DNA of 64,000 nt. Source: Candidatus Levyibacteriota bacterium (lineage in GTDB: Bacteria > Patescibacteriota > Microgenomatia > Levybacterales > UBA12049). The notes beneath the pieces were generated by a model. The model saw only the letters and a program-made list of their open reading frames with translations. It had not been told where the DNA came from and searched no databases. The position numbers were made by a program, and so were the translations under genes. Location: the NCBI GenBank assembly GCA_963716145.1, contig OY970292.1, positions 597,171 to 661,170 on the forward strand, written 5' to 3'. Below, one piece after another: positions 44,901 to 54,366 of this stretch (positions are counted from its first letter, which is position 1; each line of letters opens with the position of its first letter).

Positions 44901-45277
44901 TCGGACCGCGCTTTTTCACCATCAACGGTTGAAAGAAATTGCAAAGTAATAGTTGATGAAGATTCATTTGAAACAGAATTTAGGGTATCGAGTCCCTTGA
45001 CACTTTTTAGCTTGTCTTCAAGCGGAATGGTGATCAGTGACTCAACATCCTCCGGAGAGGCACCCGGCAGAATCGTGTTGACTATAACTATCGGTATTTT
45101 AATTTCAGGATTTACTCTTTTGGGAATTGTTAAAAAAGCCGATGCTCCCATAAAAATGATTGATAAAACCAGCAAAATAACCAAGCGGATATTTGAAAGA
45201 TATTTCGCCTGAAGTGAATTTTTAAGTTTGGGATCAAACTTGAGCTTGCTGATGAAGGATACTCTTTTGCTTTCCAT
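41945..45277 (-). CDS. RND efflux permease (AcrB/AcrD/AcrF family)
   Basis: PGASPEDVE, GLLIDD, RLEPVLLTSLATIVG; 12-TM-type layout. Confidence 0.93.
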   Translation of the reverse strand: MESKRVSFISKLKFDPKLKNSLQAKYLSNIRLVILLVLSIIFMGASAFLTIPKRVNPEIKIPIVIVNTILPGASPEDVESLITIPLEDKLKSVKGLDTLNSVSNESSSTITLQFLSTVDGEKARSDTQSLVDSVNKLPDNAQDPNVLKLDFEDQPVWTFIITSKSDNASLMRFAKVLKKDIEGVTKVDRVTTSGQDAEDIEVIINPEKMQEYKLDPFSLASSVQKAAGSYPAGSVNTSRSSFVLTINKDITSIEDIRNLRIAVEEQSVRLGDIATVALRPNANQAHTYIASTTTPSRQGVQFFVYKTSNANIDAAEKDARTVVDSTLRKYSGQFKVQTVTNTADEISTQFSDLFWEFVSTVVLVFVLLFIFLGLRQAVIAAVTVPLTMLSALAIINAMGLTLNFLTTFAFLISLGLLIDDTIVTVAAMTRYYKTGHFTPMETGLMVWRDFIVPLWSTTIATIWAFLPLLLSTGIIGEFIKSIPIVVTATLLSSTSIAVFITIPLMIVFLKPNFPRRVVIMFRVLGIVAIFGLFIAIVPKSQITPLLIVLFVVLLLVGYRVRASLRKEYDRRTAKSRFFKYMHKHAGRVSEHGLIDIERLSNVYRGAIDNIIHSKSARRKTLLAIIVFAVVAYMLLGFGFIGNEFFPKGDADVVYVNVKLPAGTNLETTNAEALNLMDKVRKTEIVDYVVAEIGATFQADSGDRSNDQSSILLTLHLPPHKTRSTSSSEIAERLRKTYKDYTKGTFFVQELSGGPPAGADVQIKLLGEDLSILDKEADSIVAFLSKQTGVSNVQKSIKPGISKLVFQPDKVKLSEEEISVDTIGLQLRSYTQGFTLDTIKLGNETDDQDIILRQNSYSQQAPGNLGTISIPGKNKTSVPLLSLGSLKLETNPTVITREKGKRTISVSAAVAKGYSISDTNSKLEKFADTLSLPSGYSWQTGGVNEENNKSVQSILQAMIISFLLILITMVLEFGSFRQALIAMMIIPLSIAGVFYVFGLTGTPLSFPALIGLLALFGIVVTHAIVVIEKINENRSHGIPLKAAIVDAAANRLEPVLLTSLATIVGLIPITLTDPLWRGLGGAIIAGLIFSGAIKLFFVPIMYYLMLRKKGE

Positions 45278-46725
45278 TAATTTGTTTCAACCTTGTCTCC
45301 TGAAATAACAGTCCTGCTCTCAATTACCTGATCACCGCGTGCTAGACCTGATTTTACCTCAACAAATGAACCATAAACTTGACCCAAGGTAACTTTCCTG
45401 CCCACGGCTTTTCCATTCTTGACAACAAAAACATAGTCCTGCTCGCGGGTTTGATAAACAACGTCAATCGGCAGGAATGGCGCAGCAGAAGCTGTGTCAT
45501 AGTATCCAATCGGCAAATCTATTTGGATATATCCTTTTTCCGAAACTTTGCTATTAAGCTCATCCGGAAGAAGAAAATAAACTCCATAAAGAGTCCCCTG
45601 AATCGCTTCTTGACTGACAAATGTCGGAAAAGCCGAATAAGTTTCTGATCCAATGTGAAGAGTACTTTGCTCAAGCTGGGAAATTTTCTGAGCGATTTCG
45701 CGGGAGACATACGCAACTGCAGTAACAGGATCAGCCGAGGAGTCCCCTGCTATGACCATAAGCGGTGTGCCGGGACTTACTGATTGGCCTTCTTTTACAA
45801 AAACCCGCTGGACAACGCCTGCGAAAGGAGCATCCGGGAACATAAGCGCTTCATTGACTTGTGCAATTTGAAGCTGGATTCTGGAAGCTTCTTTACTAAG
45901 TGCAAGTGTTTTTTCTTGGAGATCCAACTGGCGCAGCATCACATCTTTTTGAATATCTGACAATTGAGCTGGTGGCTTGTCTCCTGATGCCTGGAATTCC
46001 GCATTTCTAAGAGCAGCTTTTGCTCCATTGTTGGCTGAGATAAATTGGGATCTTAATTGTTTTGCGGAAAGAATCATCGCGTCATTTGACGGAGTGGGTG
46101 GATTAGCTTCAAGACTTGCAATATTGGAATCAAGAGTTGAAAGGATATTGTCATTTGCAGAAATAGCATTTTTTGTTTCATCAATTGATTTTGCAGTTAT
46201 ATCGCGTAGCTGATCGGCATTTTCATCCCCCTTATTTGCCAGATCACGCTGCTTCTGAATAAGATCCTTCTGCGCTTGAAAAGTATCAGACGCATTTTGG
46301 TACTCGAACCCTGCCAGCTGACGCTGAAGACTAAAACTATTTCCGCCCTGATAGTTGCTTGACAGACCGATTAATGTTTCGCCTCTTCCGGCTTCTTCTC
46401 CCTCATGCTTATAGATAGTCTGAACAACTCCGCCTGTTAAAGCTGTGATCTGAATAACTTGCGATTTTTCAACTTGTGCCGATACCGCGACCTTAGGCGC
46501 TGTACCGATCTGATAGACTTCAACCTTTTTTGGAGGCAATGTTGCTTTTTTGACTTCAGGCGGTCTTCTGAGGAAGCTACTAATTATTATTAGCAAAACC
46601 AAAATCCCAAGTATTACAAAAAATGCCCGCAGAGGATTTTTATCAACCCAGATAAGTGTTTTCTTTTTTGTGTTACCAAATCTTTTTTTAAGATTTTTAA
46701 AAACCTTATGGGCCCTATCTTTCAT
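45277..46725 (-). CDS. RND periplasmic adaptor (membrane fusion protein)
   Basis: N-terminal TM, long coiled coil, APFAGVV..VKEGQSV, VEVKSGLARGDQVI. Confidence 0.88.
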   Translation of the reverse strand: MKDRAHKVFKNLKKRFGNTKKKTLIWVDKNPLRAFFVILGILVLLIIISSFLRRPPEVKKATLPPKKVEVYQIGTAPKVAVSAQVEKSQVIQITALTGGVVQTIYKHEGEEAGRGETLIGLSSNYQGGNSFSLQRQLAGFEYQNASDTFQAQKDLIQKQRDLANKGDENADQLRDITAKSIDETKNAISANDNILSTLDSNIASLEANPPTPSNDAMILSAKQLRSQFISANNGAKAALRNAEFQASGDKPPAQLSDIQKDVMLRQLDLQEKTLALSKEASRIQLQIAQVNEALMFPDAPFAGVVQRVFVKEGQSVSPGTPLMVIAGDSSADPVTAVAYVSREIAQKISQLEQSTLHIGSETYSAFPTFVSQEAIQGTLYGVYFLLPDELNSKVSEKGYIQIDLPIGYYDTASAAPFLPIDVVYQTREQDYVFVVKNGKAVGRKVTLGQVYGSFVEVKSGLARGDQVIESRTVISGDKVETN

Positions 46726-46869
46726 TGGCAGAGTATATCATATCAACCTAATATAGACAATAATTAAAATTAGAGGCTTAAATAAATATACACAAACCTA
46801 TATATAATATATTTTCCTTGAATAAGCCTATTGCAATTAAATATAAATGCTGTTAGTTTTAATTAAGAT

Positions 46870-47241
46870 ATGAAAATACTTATAATTGATGACGATGAGA
46901 TGCTGATCAACATTTGGTCACTTGTTATTACCAAAGAGGGATATTCAGTAATTACAGCAAGAAGTGGGCGAGACGGAATAGATATGGCGAAAAAAAACCA
47001 GCCTGACTTTATTTTACTGGATCAGATTATGTCCGATATGAAAGGCAATGATGTGCTCGACGCCCTTAAGCAGGACCCCGCAACAAGCAAAATTCCCGTT
47101 GCTATTGCTTCAAATTACAGTGAAAATGAGCTTATTCAGACAGCTATACAAAAAGGCGCTGTTGACTATATCTTAAAATACCAAATTGATCCGCAAGATC
47201 TTATAAGTAAGATAAAAAACCTAATTCAGGAAGTAAAATGA
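46870..47241 (+). CDS. Single-domain response regulator (CheY-like)
   Basis: KILIIDDD, PDFILLD, GAVDYILK. Confidence 0.93.
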   Translation: MKILIIDDDEMLINIWSLVITKEGYSVITARSGRDGIDMAKKNQPDFILLDQIMSDMKGNDVLDALKQDPATSKIPVAIASNYSENELIQTAIQKGAVDYILKYQIDPQDLISKIKNLIQEVK

Positions 47242-48971
47242 CTCTTCTCGCTCTTATAACTTCCGGCTTTGTACTGTCAATTGGAATTTTGGCGTTCATC
47301 CTTTCCGAGCAAATAAAAAAAACTTTCAAGTATAAATCCCAAAGCCTAGCAAAAGAAAAAAACAATCTGTATCTCGTAAACACGCTTAAAGAAATCCAAA
47401 GCAATACTGAATACGAAAAAGATTTGGAAAACGTAATAAATGCAATCAGCAAAAATATTGAGAGTAATTATCCTTACTCAGCACTCTCTTCAATTTTTAT
47501 AAATGACAACAAGTTAATTTTTAAATCTAAAGTCCAGGAAGCCTTAAGCCGCGGCTTTATTGATCACGTGAGAGACACCATGATCCAATCCCTCAATATT
47601 GGTGGTGAAAACAAACCCCACACAACAACCGAAGAAAGTATAACCGGTGTGCCACTTGATGATCAAATTAATTCCAACCTGATGTCTACTTTTAATATTC
47701 CAATTAACATTGGAAGCGAAACGCGAGCTATAATTAACCTCTCTTCCACTATAAATGGTATTTATAAAAATGAGGAAGATATGAAAGCTCTGTCAACTGC
47801 AGCTGATCTCGCCTCTGGCTTCTTAACGCGCATTCACATACGCGTATCTCATGAAAAAGGCAAATCACTTTCCATGATTAATAGTTTTTCTGAGGGTATA
47901 TTTGTGATTGATAGACAAAATGAACTAACTGCTATTAACAGCAGTGCGCAAAATTTCCTGAATATTCATAAAGAAAAACCGACAATTAGTGACATACTGG
48001 TTTCCCTCCCCAATACCTATAATTTCAAAGATAAAATTGACCAGGCAATTGCGCAAAATAAGCAAATAATTGAGACTGATCTCCCTCTTGGGGCAAAAAG
48101 TTTTAAAATCATCATTACTCCTGTTCTGGAAATGGGCAGTCTGGAAAAAGCAAAAAGCCTGCCTCGCCAAAGCGAAGCCTCGGCGGGTGTAATTGGTGTC
48201 TCGGTTCTTCTTCATGAAACTACAATTGAAAAGTCCCTCTCTCAAGTGAAAGAAGACTTTACCAACATTATGGTTCATGAACTACGCTCTCCCTTAACAG
48301 CTATCAAAGCAAGCAGTGAATTTCTGCTGTCTCAAGCCGAACTAACAGATATAGAAAAAAAAGAATTGACCCATATGATAAGCGAATCATCCAAAAAAAT
48401 GCTTGATGAAATTTCACTCATTCTGGATTCCGCCAAGATGGATGCGGGCCTCTTTAGCATCAGAAAAACTAAATCTGATCTGAAAAAATTGATTGCGGAC
48501 AGAATTGCTGTGTTTGAGCCTCTTGCTGCGGAAAAAACAATTAAATTATCTGTTGATATTGATCCGGCTCTTAGTACCTTCTCATTTGATCCTATCCGGA
48601 TTGATGAGGTCGTCAATAATCTTCTATCCAACAGCTTGAAATTCACACCAACAAACGGAACAATAAGTGTTAAGGCTCATACCGACGCGGGTAAAGTAAG
48701 CGTCAGCATTTCTGATACAGGAGAAGGCGTTGCCAAAGATAAGCAGCATCTGCTTTTTGCCAAATTCCAGCAAGCTCCAACAGATGGTGAGCATGTCGGA
48801 ACAGGTCTGGGGCTTTATGTTGTAAAAGGAGTTATTGAAGCCCACAGCGGTACGGTTGATCTTAAATCTGAGCCTGGTCATGGAACGACAATCACGTTCA
48901 CCCTACCGCTTTCGGATACTCAGCATGGATATACCCCGCTTATCAAACCCGCTAATCCCATGGCAAACTAA
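47238..48971 (+). CDS. Sensor histidine kinase (TM, GAF/PAS-like, HisKA, HATPase)
   Basis: HELRSPLT, NLLSNSLKF, DTGEG, GTGLGL. Confidence 0.94.
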   Translation: MTLLALITSGFVLSIGILAFILSEQIKKTFKYKSQSLAKEKNNLYLVNTLKEIQSNTEYEKDLENVINAISKNIESNYPYSALSSIFINDNKLIFKSKVQEALSRGFIDHVRDTMIQSLNIGGENKPHTTTEESITGVPLDDQINSNLMSTFNIPINIGSETRAIINLSSTINGIYKNEEDMKALSTAADLASGFLTRIHIRVSHEKGKSLSMINSFSEGIFVIDRQNELTAINSSAQNFLNIHKEKPTISDILVSLPNTYNFKDKIDQAIAQNKQIIETDLPLGAKSFKIIITPVLEMGSLEKAKSLPRQSEASAGVIGVSVLLHETTIEKSLSQVKEDFTNIMVHELRSPLTAIKASSEFLLSQAELTDIEKKELTHMISESSKKMLDEISLILDSAKMDAGLFSIRKTKSDLKKLIADRIAVFEPLAAEKTIKLSVDIDPALSTFSFDPIRIDEVVNNLLSNSLKFTPTNGTISVKAHTDAGKVSVSISDTGEGVAKDKQHLLFAKFQQAPTDGEHVGTGLGLYVVKGVIEAHSGTVDLKSEPGHGTTITFTLPLSDTQHGYTPLIKPANPMAN

Positions 48972-49016
48972 CTGTCCCTCCAGAGACTTGACAAACCCCC
49001 TATAGTGTGATATAGT

Positions 49017-49262
49017 ATGCGTCTTATGCTAGACAGACTAATAGCACGCAGGAATCCTGAAGCACTGCATTTCAAAAGACTTGATCAGGCTCGTTTAATG
49101 GAACAGCTTTCTGAAACACCGCCTAGGGAAAGACTTGCTGTAGCTGCAAGGAGACAATTAAAGGCAACGTGGAATAATATAGTTGCTGGAGCGAAGTATC
49201 ATTTACCAAGTTCTGCGCCCGAATATAAACTAAATCAAGAAGATGCGCGACGCCGTGCTTGA
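49017..49262 (+). CDS. Small hypothetical protein
   Basis: TTGACA and tatagt boxes immediately upstream. Confidence 0.55.
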   Translation: MRLMLDRLIARRNPEALHFKRLDQARLMEQLSETPPRERLAVAARRQLKATWNNIVAGAKYHLPSSAPEYKLNQEDARRRA

Positions 49263-49556
49263 ATTATTTTTAAAACTTCAACCCCCTTTTCTACGACCTT
49301 AAAGCTTCTTTATTGCATTACTTAAAAACATCTCACTAACTTCTGACAAAAGTTTATAAGACGCACCAACTACTCCACTCCTTAACTTATTAATGTAAAT
49401 CCTATGTCGTCATCGAGTCCGCTTCGACCGCGAAGCGAGGCGAGCCTGATAAAAAGGGCAAAAGAATCATAATCCGCAAACGGCAAGAAAATGATTGGTA
49501 AAACTCCCTACTCTCCGCTAAAACGACATAAATAGTATTTCTGATATACTCCTATT

Positions 49557-50139
49557 ATGCTGGATTTTAAACCCATTTTAGCTATTTTCACAGTAATATT
49601 AACTTTTGTTGGCTATGTTCCTTACATCCGGGATATACTTAAAGGCAAAACCAAACCTCATGTATACAGTTGGTTCGTTTGGACCTTGACCTCAGCCATT
49701 ACTTACGGTTTGCAGATTGAGGGGGGGGCAGGAGTAGGCTGCCTGGGTTACATTGGCAATTGTAATTGGTTTATCTTTTATATTTTTGCTGAGTTTGCGA
49801 AGCGGCAAAAAAGATATAACACTGCCGGACACGATATTTTTAATCCTTGCATTTGCTGCTATCTACTTATGGCTGGTAGCCAAGCAGCCTGTCTTGTCAA
49901 TAATTCTTGTTACGACAATTGACATGCTGGCTTTTGCTCCGACCATCAGAAAGTCCTGGAATAAACCCCACTCCGAAACACTCTTTCTATATAAATTAAG
50001 CACTTTCCGCCATGCGTTAAGCATCTTTGCCCTACAGCAATATAGCATCGTTACATGGCTTTACCCCGCCAGCTGGGCTGTAGCAAACCTAATATTTAGT
50101 ATTTTGCTGATAATAAGACGGAGGAATATACTAAAATAA
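49557..50139 (+). CDS. Multi-pass membrane protein split by an apparent 1-nt indel near 49740
   Basis: PYIRDILKGKTKP and PTIRKSWNKPHSE internal repeat; ORFs 49557 and 49753 join as GAGVGAWVTLAIV. Confidence 0.75.
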
Positions 50140-50177
50140 TATTGAATTGGCGATCAAAGCCTCAATGTATATTGAAT

Positions 50178-50582
50178 CTAAATTTGGTTATCGTCCATTT
50201 CCGTTCGGGGGAGCTTTGGGGGGAACTCATATGCTACAAACTCTGTTTGATCTGGATCTCCTTGACTTCCAGCGTGAGGACTCCTGGTAAATTTTCCTAC
50301 ATACCCTCTCGTAGTACGTCCTTCCTCCAAGGACTCATAAACATACTTTTGCGCTGTTCCCCGAACAAAAACTGTAGTCGCCACTACTCCATTAGGTCTT
50401 ATTTCGCGTACTGCACCACTCATACTAAGACCTTGGCGCCTCACTGCATCAAACAGTCCTCCTGTTTGCTGACTTGGGTTAAGAGTCTCGACCGGTGGAG
50501 TATCAATCTTACTATCGCCGATTACGGCTTTAGGACTTTCCCATCCATCCGTATGTCTTTCATAATCGATTAATAGTGACAT
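50178..50582 (-). CDS. Hypothetical protein
   Basis: 134-aa ATG-start ORF; preferred over the overlapping plus-strand ORF. Confidence 0.5.
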   Translation of the reverse strand: MSLLIDYERHTDGWESPKAVIGDSKIDTPPVETLNPSQQTGGLFDAVRRQGLSMSGAVREIRPNGVVATTVFVRGTAQKYVYESLEEGRTTRGYVGKFTRSPHAGSQGDPDQTEFVAYEFPPKLPRTEMDDNQI

Positions 50583-50630
50583 ATTAATTTCTGACTGTAA
50601 TTAAGATATACACCTGTTTGTGAAAAGTTG

Positions 50631-51884
50631 TCAAGAGGGATTTTTGCTTTTTGCTTCGGTTTTTGATTTTTTAGCACGTATGAAAACTATTAACCCTGCC
50701 AAAAGCAAATAGTACCCTATCCAAACAGCAGCTGATACAGCAGGAATTGTCAGAGTCCAGCCAAAATTGGCAAAATACGCGACTATTTTTTCGAAAAAGA
50801 AAAGGATGGGCTCACAGAGAAATAAGAAAACTTTTCCGAGTGGTTCAAAAACTATTCCCAAAATAACTCCAAGTGAGCCCAAAATCATAAGCACAGGCAC
50901 GGTCCAGAGAATAAGCGCGTTAACCAAAATTGACAGCAATCCATATTGCCCAAAAATTGAAAGAAGAATGGGAAGTGTGGCTATTTGCGCTGCTACAGTA
51001 GTCCAAACATCATCCAACAGGGAAAAGTTTTTGGGCGTTGGAAAGAGAGGCTTAATCACAAGAATTCCTAAAGTAGCGAGAAAAGACAGTTGAAACCCAA
51101 TATCTGTGACTAGAAATGGCGACAGCAGAAGCATGATATAACCGGTAAGAAAGACAGAAGCGAGGGCAAAGTTTTGCCTTCCCAGTAGGCTTGCTGAGAA
51201 AGCAAGGATACTCATGATTGCAGCTCTGACTATAGAAGGCTCAAAACCGGCCAGGAAAGCATAAAAAACAATTCCAAAAATCGCTATAGTAAGTGCTATT
51301 TGCCTTTTGAAAATTACCCCAAGAATAGCTATCAATGCGCTCGCTACAAACGTCACATTCATGCCGGATGCCGCAATTACGTGAATTACCCCAACACTTC
51401 GCAGTTGGAGCAAAAAGTTTTGCGGCATGTTTTGATTACCTCCGAATATAATTCCGTTCAATAGACCTGCTGAGGCTGTAGGAAGATTATCTTGGAATAA
51501 TTTTGTAGCTTTTCTTCTTACGTAGGTTGCTGCGGATGTAATAAAATTTTGCTCAGTATGATCTATTTGGAGAGCTGGAGACTTAATTTTGTTAAAAATG
51601 TGACCTTTGTAATTATTTTGTGAAATAACTCCCTCAATTTTAATTCTGTCTCCGTATTGATAAATCGGAGATAGTCCTGTAATTATTGTGATTCTTTCTC
51701 CATTACCATTTTTTACCCGGAATTGCTGATGACCGTAGATGATTTGGGGCTCCTCTGTCAAGCGGGTATTAAATTTTATTTTCTGCCCCTCCGCATAGGA
51801 TTCTTGATTGATATTAAAAAGTATCAATCTTAAAATCAGAAAAATCAATAGAATTAATAGGACTATTATATAATTTCTTCTCAT
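50631..51884 (-). CDS. comEC: ComEC/Rec2 competence membrane protein (no C-terminal beta-lactamase-like domain)
   Basis: HVIAASGMNV, PSIVRAAIM, GFQLSFLAT. Confidence 0.92.
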   Translation of the reverse strand: MRRNYIIVLLILLIFLILRLILFNINQESYAEGQKIKFNTRLTEEPQIIYGHQQFRVKNGNGERITIITGLSPIYQYGDRIKIEGVISQNNYKGHIFNKIKSPALQIDHTEQNFITSAATYVRRKATKLFQDNLPTASAGLLNGIIFGGNQNMPQNFLLQLRSVGVIHVIAASGMNVTFVASALIAILGVIFKRQIALTIAIFGIVFYAFLAGFEPSIVRAAIMSILAFSASLLGRQNFALASVFLTGYIMLLLSPFLVTDIGFQLSFLATLGILVIKPLFPTPKNFSLLDDVWTTVAAQIATLPILLSIFGQYGLLSILVNALILWTVPVLMILGSLGVILGIVFEPLGKVFLFLCEPILFFFEKIVAYFANFGWTLTIPAVSAAVWIGYYLLLAGLIVFIRAKKSKTEAKSKNPS

Positions 51885-51948
51885 GCTAAAATGATGATAT
51901 CATTTATTTATCTTTTTGCGATAGGCTTTTTGCAGAAAGGACAAGCTG

Positions 51949-52695
51949 ATGACGAAAAAGAAAAAAGGCGGCTTTATCAATCTATTAAGTCAGATTTTTA
52001 CAAAACCATCTGAGTCATCTAATGCGCATGGAGCTATAGTCAGATCTGTCTGGCTTCTGCGAATTTTTACCTTCCTATTTGGTATTTATCAGATTTTTTT
52101 TGGGGAAATGCTTATTGGGATAATGATTGTCCTGTGCGTGATCTTTCTGGTCGCTCCCTCTATTTTCACTAGAGGCCGCATAACCGATATTCCTTTGGAG
52201 ATTGAGTTTTTTCTCTTTATTATGGTTGTTTTTCAATACGTGATTGGGGAGACGCAGGGTTTTTATAGGAATATAGTTCATTATGATGATGTTATCCATT
52301 TTTTCTTTCCTTTTCTGATCAGCGTGATTGGTTTTACGATTGCTTATACGCTCTATTTCTCACGCAAGTTAAAGCTTTCCATTGGTACAATGATATTTCT
52401 TGTTATAGTTGTTACGCTTGGAATTGGGGCGTTTTGGGAGATAATTGAGTATGGCAATGATATACTCCTCGTCCCCCACCTTAAAAATTGGCACAGATTT
52501 CAGGGATCCAGCGCCGCGGTAGCCAATTCTGACACGATGAGTGATCTGGTTGCGGATCTACTAGGCGGGATTTGCGGTGCGGTCATCGCTTCAAGATACA
52601 TAATTGAGGCAAAATATAACAAGCGCTTAAATGAGCTTTTCAGAGAGATCATGCGGGACTTCTTTAAAAAAAGAAGAAGAGTCAAAAAACACTAA
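51949..52695 (+). CDS. Membrane protein (DUF2238-like)
   Basis: YDDVIH, GAFWEIIEY, DTMSDLVADLLG. Confidence 0.75.
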   Translation: MTKKKKGGFINLLSQIFTKPSESSNAHGAIVRSVWLLRIFTFLFGIYQIFFGEMLIGIMIVLCVIFLVAPSIFTRGRITDIPLEIEFFLFIMVVFQYVIGETQGFYRNIVHYDDVIHFFFPFLISVIGFTIAYTLYFSRKLKLSIGTMIFLVIVVTLGIGAFWEIIEYGNDILLVPHLKNWHRFQGSSAAVANSDTMSDLVADLLGGICGAVIASRYIIEAKYNKRLNELFREIMRDFFKKRRRVKKH

Positions 52696-52740
52696 CTATA
52701 TTTCTACACTTTTGTGAAAATGGGACCCAAATCATACTCT

Positions 52741-53130
52741 TATCTGTTCTTTTGTGCCGACAAAAGAACCAAAAGCTCGTGAGCAGCAAAGTCGCCCTAT
52801 TTTTCTTCAGTAGCTCACGGGGGATTGTCCTCCCCCTTCGGCCACTCAGCTTTCAGCTTCGAGCCGGATTCCCCCTGTTTCGCTACTTTGAAAAACTTAA
52901 CGCGCTTGTTTGAATGCTCACACACGAAAAAATAATTAATGACTAAAGATTTTGCCGTTCGCTGCGTAATGCATGAAAAAGTTTGCGAATGCATCAGGGG
53001 GATTCCTCAGTCATGCGAAGCATGGATTGAGGAGGGGGTGAAATCACCCGATAAGTGAGCAAATCTTTTGAGAGCATGTAGCGAGACTAGGCAATAGTTT
53101 TGCGCACTTTTGCTACCAAAAGTGCAAGAA
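52741..53130. other. Highly structured non-coding element (MITE/REP-like or ncRNA)
   Basis: Terminal hairpins gttcttttgt/acaaaagaac and gcacttttg/caaaagtgc; several internal inverted segments; no ORF. Confidence 0.55.
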
Positions 53131-53148
53131 TAAAGCTAAAATTGAAAA

Positions 53149-53820
53149 TTAGTAAACCGATATCTTGTCTTTTATCTTCTCAAATACACTCTGTCCGACC
53201 GCTTTTTTACTGACTAAGTCCTCAATTTTTTCATACGGCCTGTTGTTTATTATCTTCCCTGAGGTTACCGGGCCAACTCCCGGCAAACTGTCAAGCTGGA
53301 CAGCGCTTGCAGAATTGATGTTGATGGTCCCGCTGTTTGAATCCCCCACCGCGCTTGAGTCGCCGGTTAATCCCTGCGCGATATTTGTTGATCCGCCAAG
53401 AGGAGAAGCCGTATCGCCAATAAATGGAATATAAATTTTTCCTCCATCCACCACTTTTGAAGCTAAATTTAACCCTTTGGAAACTTTTTCCCGATCTGCT
53501 TTATCCGATAACCCACCTGCCGCGATCAAAGCATCCTGAATCCTGGCATCTTTCTGCAGTTTATAAACTCCGGGACTTATCACAGCTCCCTCAACATCAA
53601 GTGTGATTTCAGAAGCTTTAGTTTTTGCTGCCGCGACATCAGCAACTTCCGCAGTGTCTGCTGCTCCTTCTGCCAAAATATCCTGATTTTGCTTATTGTG
53701 ATTTACGGATGTTATCAGACCATATAGCAAGAATGCCAATCCGAATACTCCTAGTAGAATGGGAATCCAATATTTTCTAAGAATTGGGGCATATTTTTCC
53801 TGAAGTTCTGAGAAATCCAT
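53149..53820 (-). CDS. comEA: ComEA family DNA-binding protein
   Basis: TM; SLBB domain (DVEGAVISPGVY, AAGG); HhH domain (ININSAS..LDSLPGVG). Confidence 0.93.
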   Translation of the reverse strand: MDFSELQEKYAPILRKYWIPILLGVFGLAFLLYGLITSVNHNKQNQDILAEGAADTAEVADVAAAKTKASEITLDVEGAVISPGVYKLQKDARIQDALIAAGGLSDKADREKVSKGLNLASKVVDGGKIYIPFIGDTASPLGGSTNIAQGLTGDSSAVGDSNSGTININSASAVQLDSLPGVGPVTSGKIINNRPYEKIEDLVSKKAVGQSVFEKIKDKISVY

Positions 53821-53861
53821 TAGTTACAGAATAAATGTTTGGAAAGAGGATGTAAAGAGGG

Positions 53862-54341
53862 TTATTGTCTTACTACTCTGACTGCTTCCGCCCGGCCTTT
53901 AAGTGTTAATAGTTTTTTTCCAACTTCTATTTTTGCCTTACCCGTCCAATAGTCACCACCATCGCTAGCTATTAAGGGGTTTGTAGCCTTTTCTCCGGGA
54001 ACTAAGTTTTGTCCTAACAAATTAAATTCATTTTCTACTGAACGGTAGTTTTTAGATGATCGTCTCTTTGCTACCACTCCTGTGAGTTCATGCTCTCTCC
54101 GGATAGAATTGAGATGCGGAATTACTTTGGGTAATGACAAAGCAGAATGATCAGTAGCTTCTATAATCCCCCTATCTTCCAATAATTGCGCTTGGTGACC
54201 TATAACTTCCAGTTTTAAATCTCTGGAAGCCGGATCTGCTTCAACCCAATCCCAAATTGCTCTCCACCTTCCAGTTTGAGCCGCTTGTCTTTCCTCTTTA
54301 CTTAAGCCCCCCCCCAGGGCTGGTCTGGTATCTGCTGACAT
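53862..54341 (-). CDS. Hypothetical protein
   Basis: Likely start MSADT with a tataat box 7 nt upstream. Confidence 0.6.
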   Translation of the reverse strand: MSADTRPALGGGLSKEERQAAQTGRWRAIWDWVEADPASRDLKLEVIGHQAQLLEDRGIIEATDHSALSLPKVIPHLNSIRREHELTGVVAKRRSSKNYRSVENEFNLLGQNLVPGEKATNPLIASDGGDYWTGKAKIEVGKKLLTLKGRAEAVRVVRQ

Positions 54342-54366
54342 AGCTGGAATTATAAACTTATGGTCT

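Noticed and set aside
49262-49556. Possible gene remnant in this spacer
   Set aside because: No recognisable reading frame; only a short palindrome at about 49415-49447
54307-54315. C9 tract (and the G8 tract at 49721-49728) as phase-variation switches
   Set aside because: The C9 tract is in frame, and the break in the 49557 gene maps downstream of the G8 run; no evidence of variation without reads
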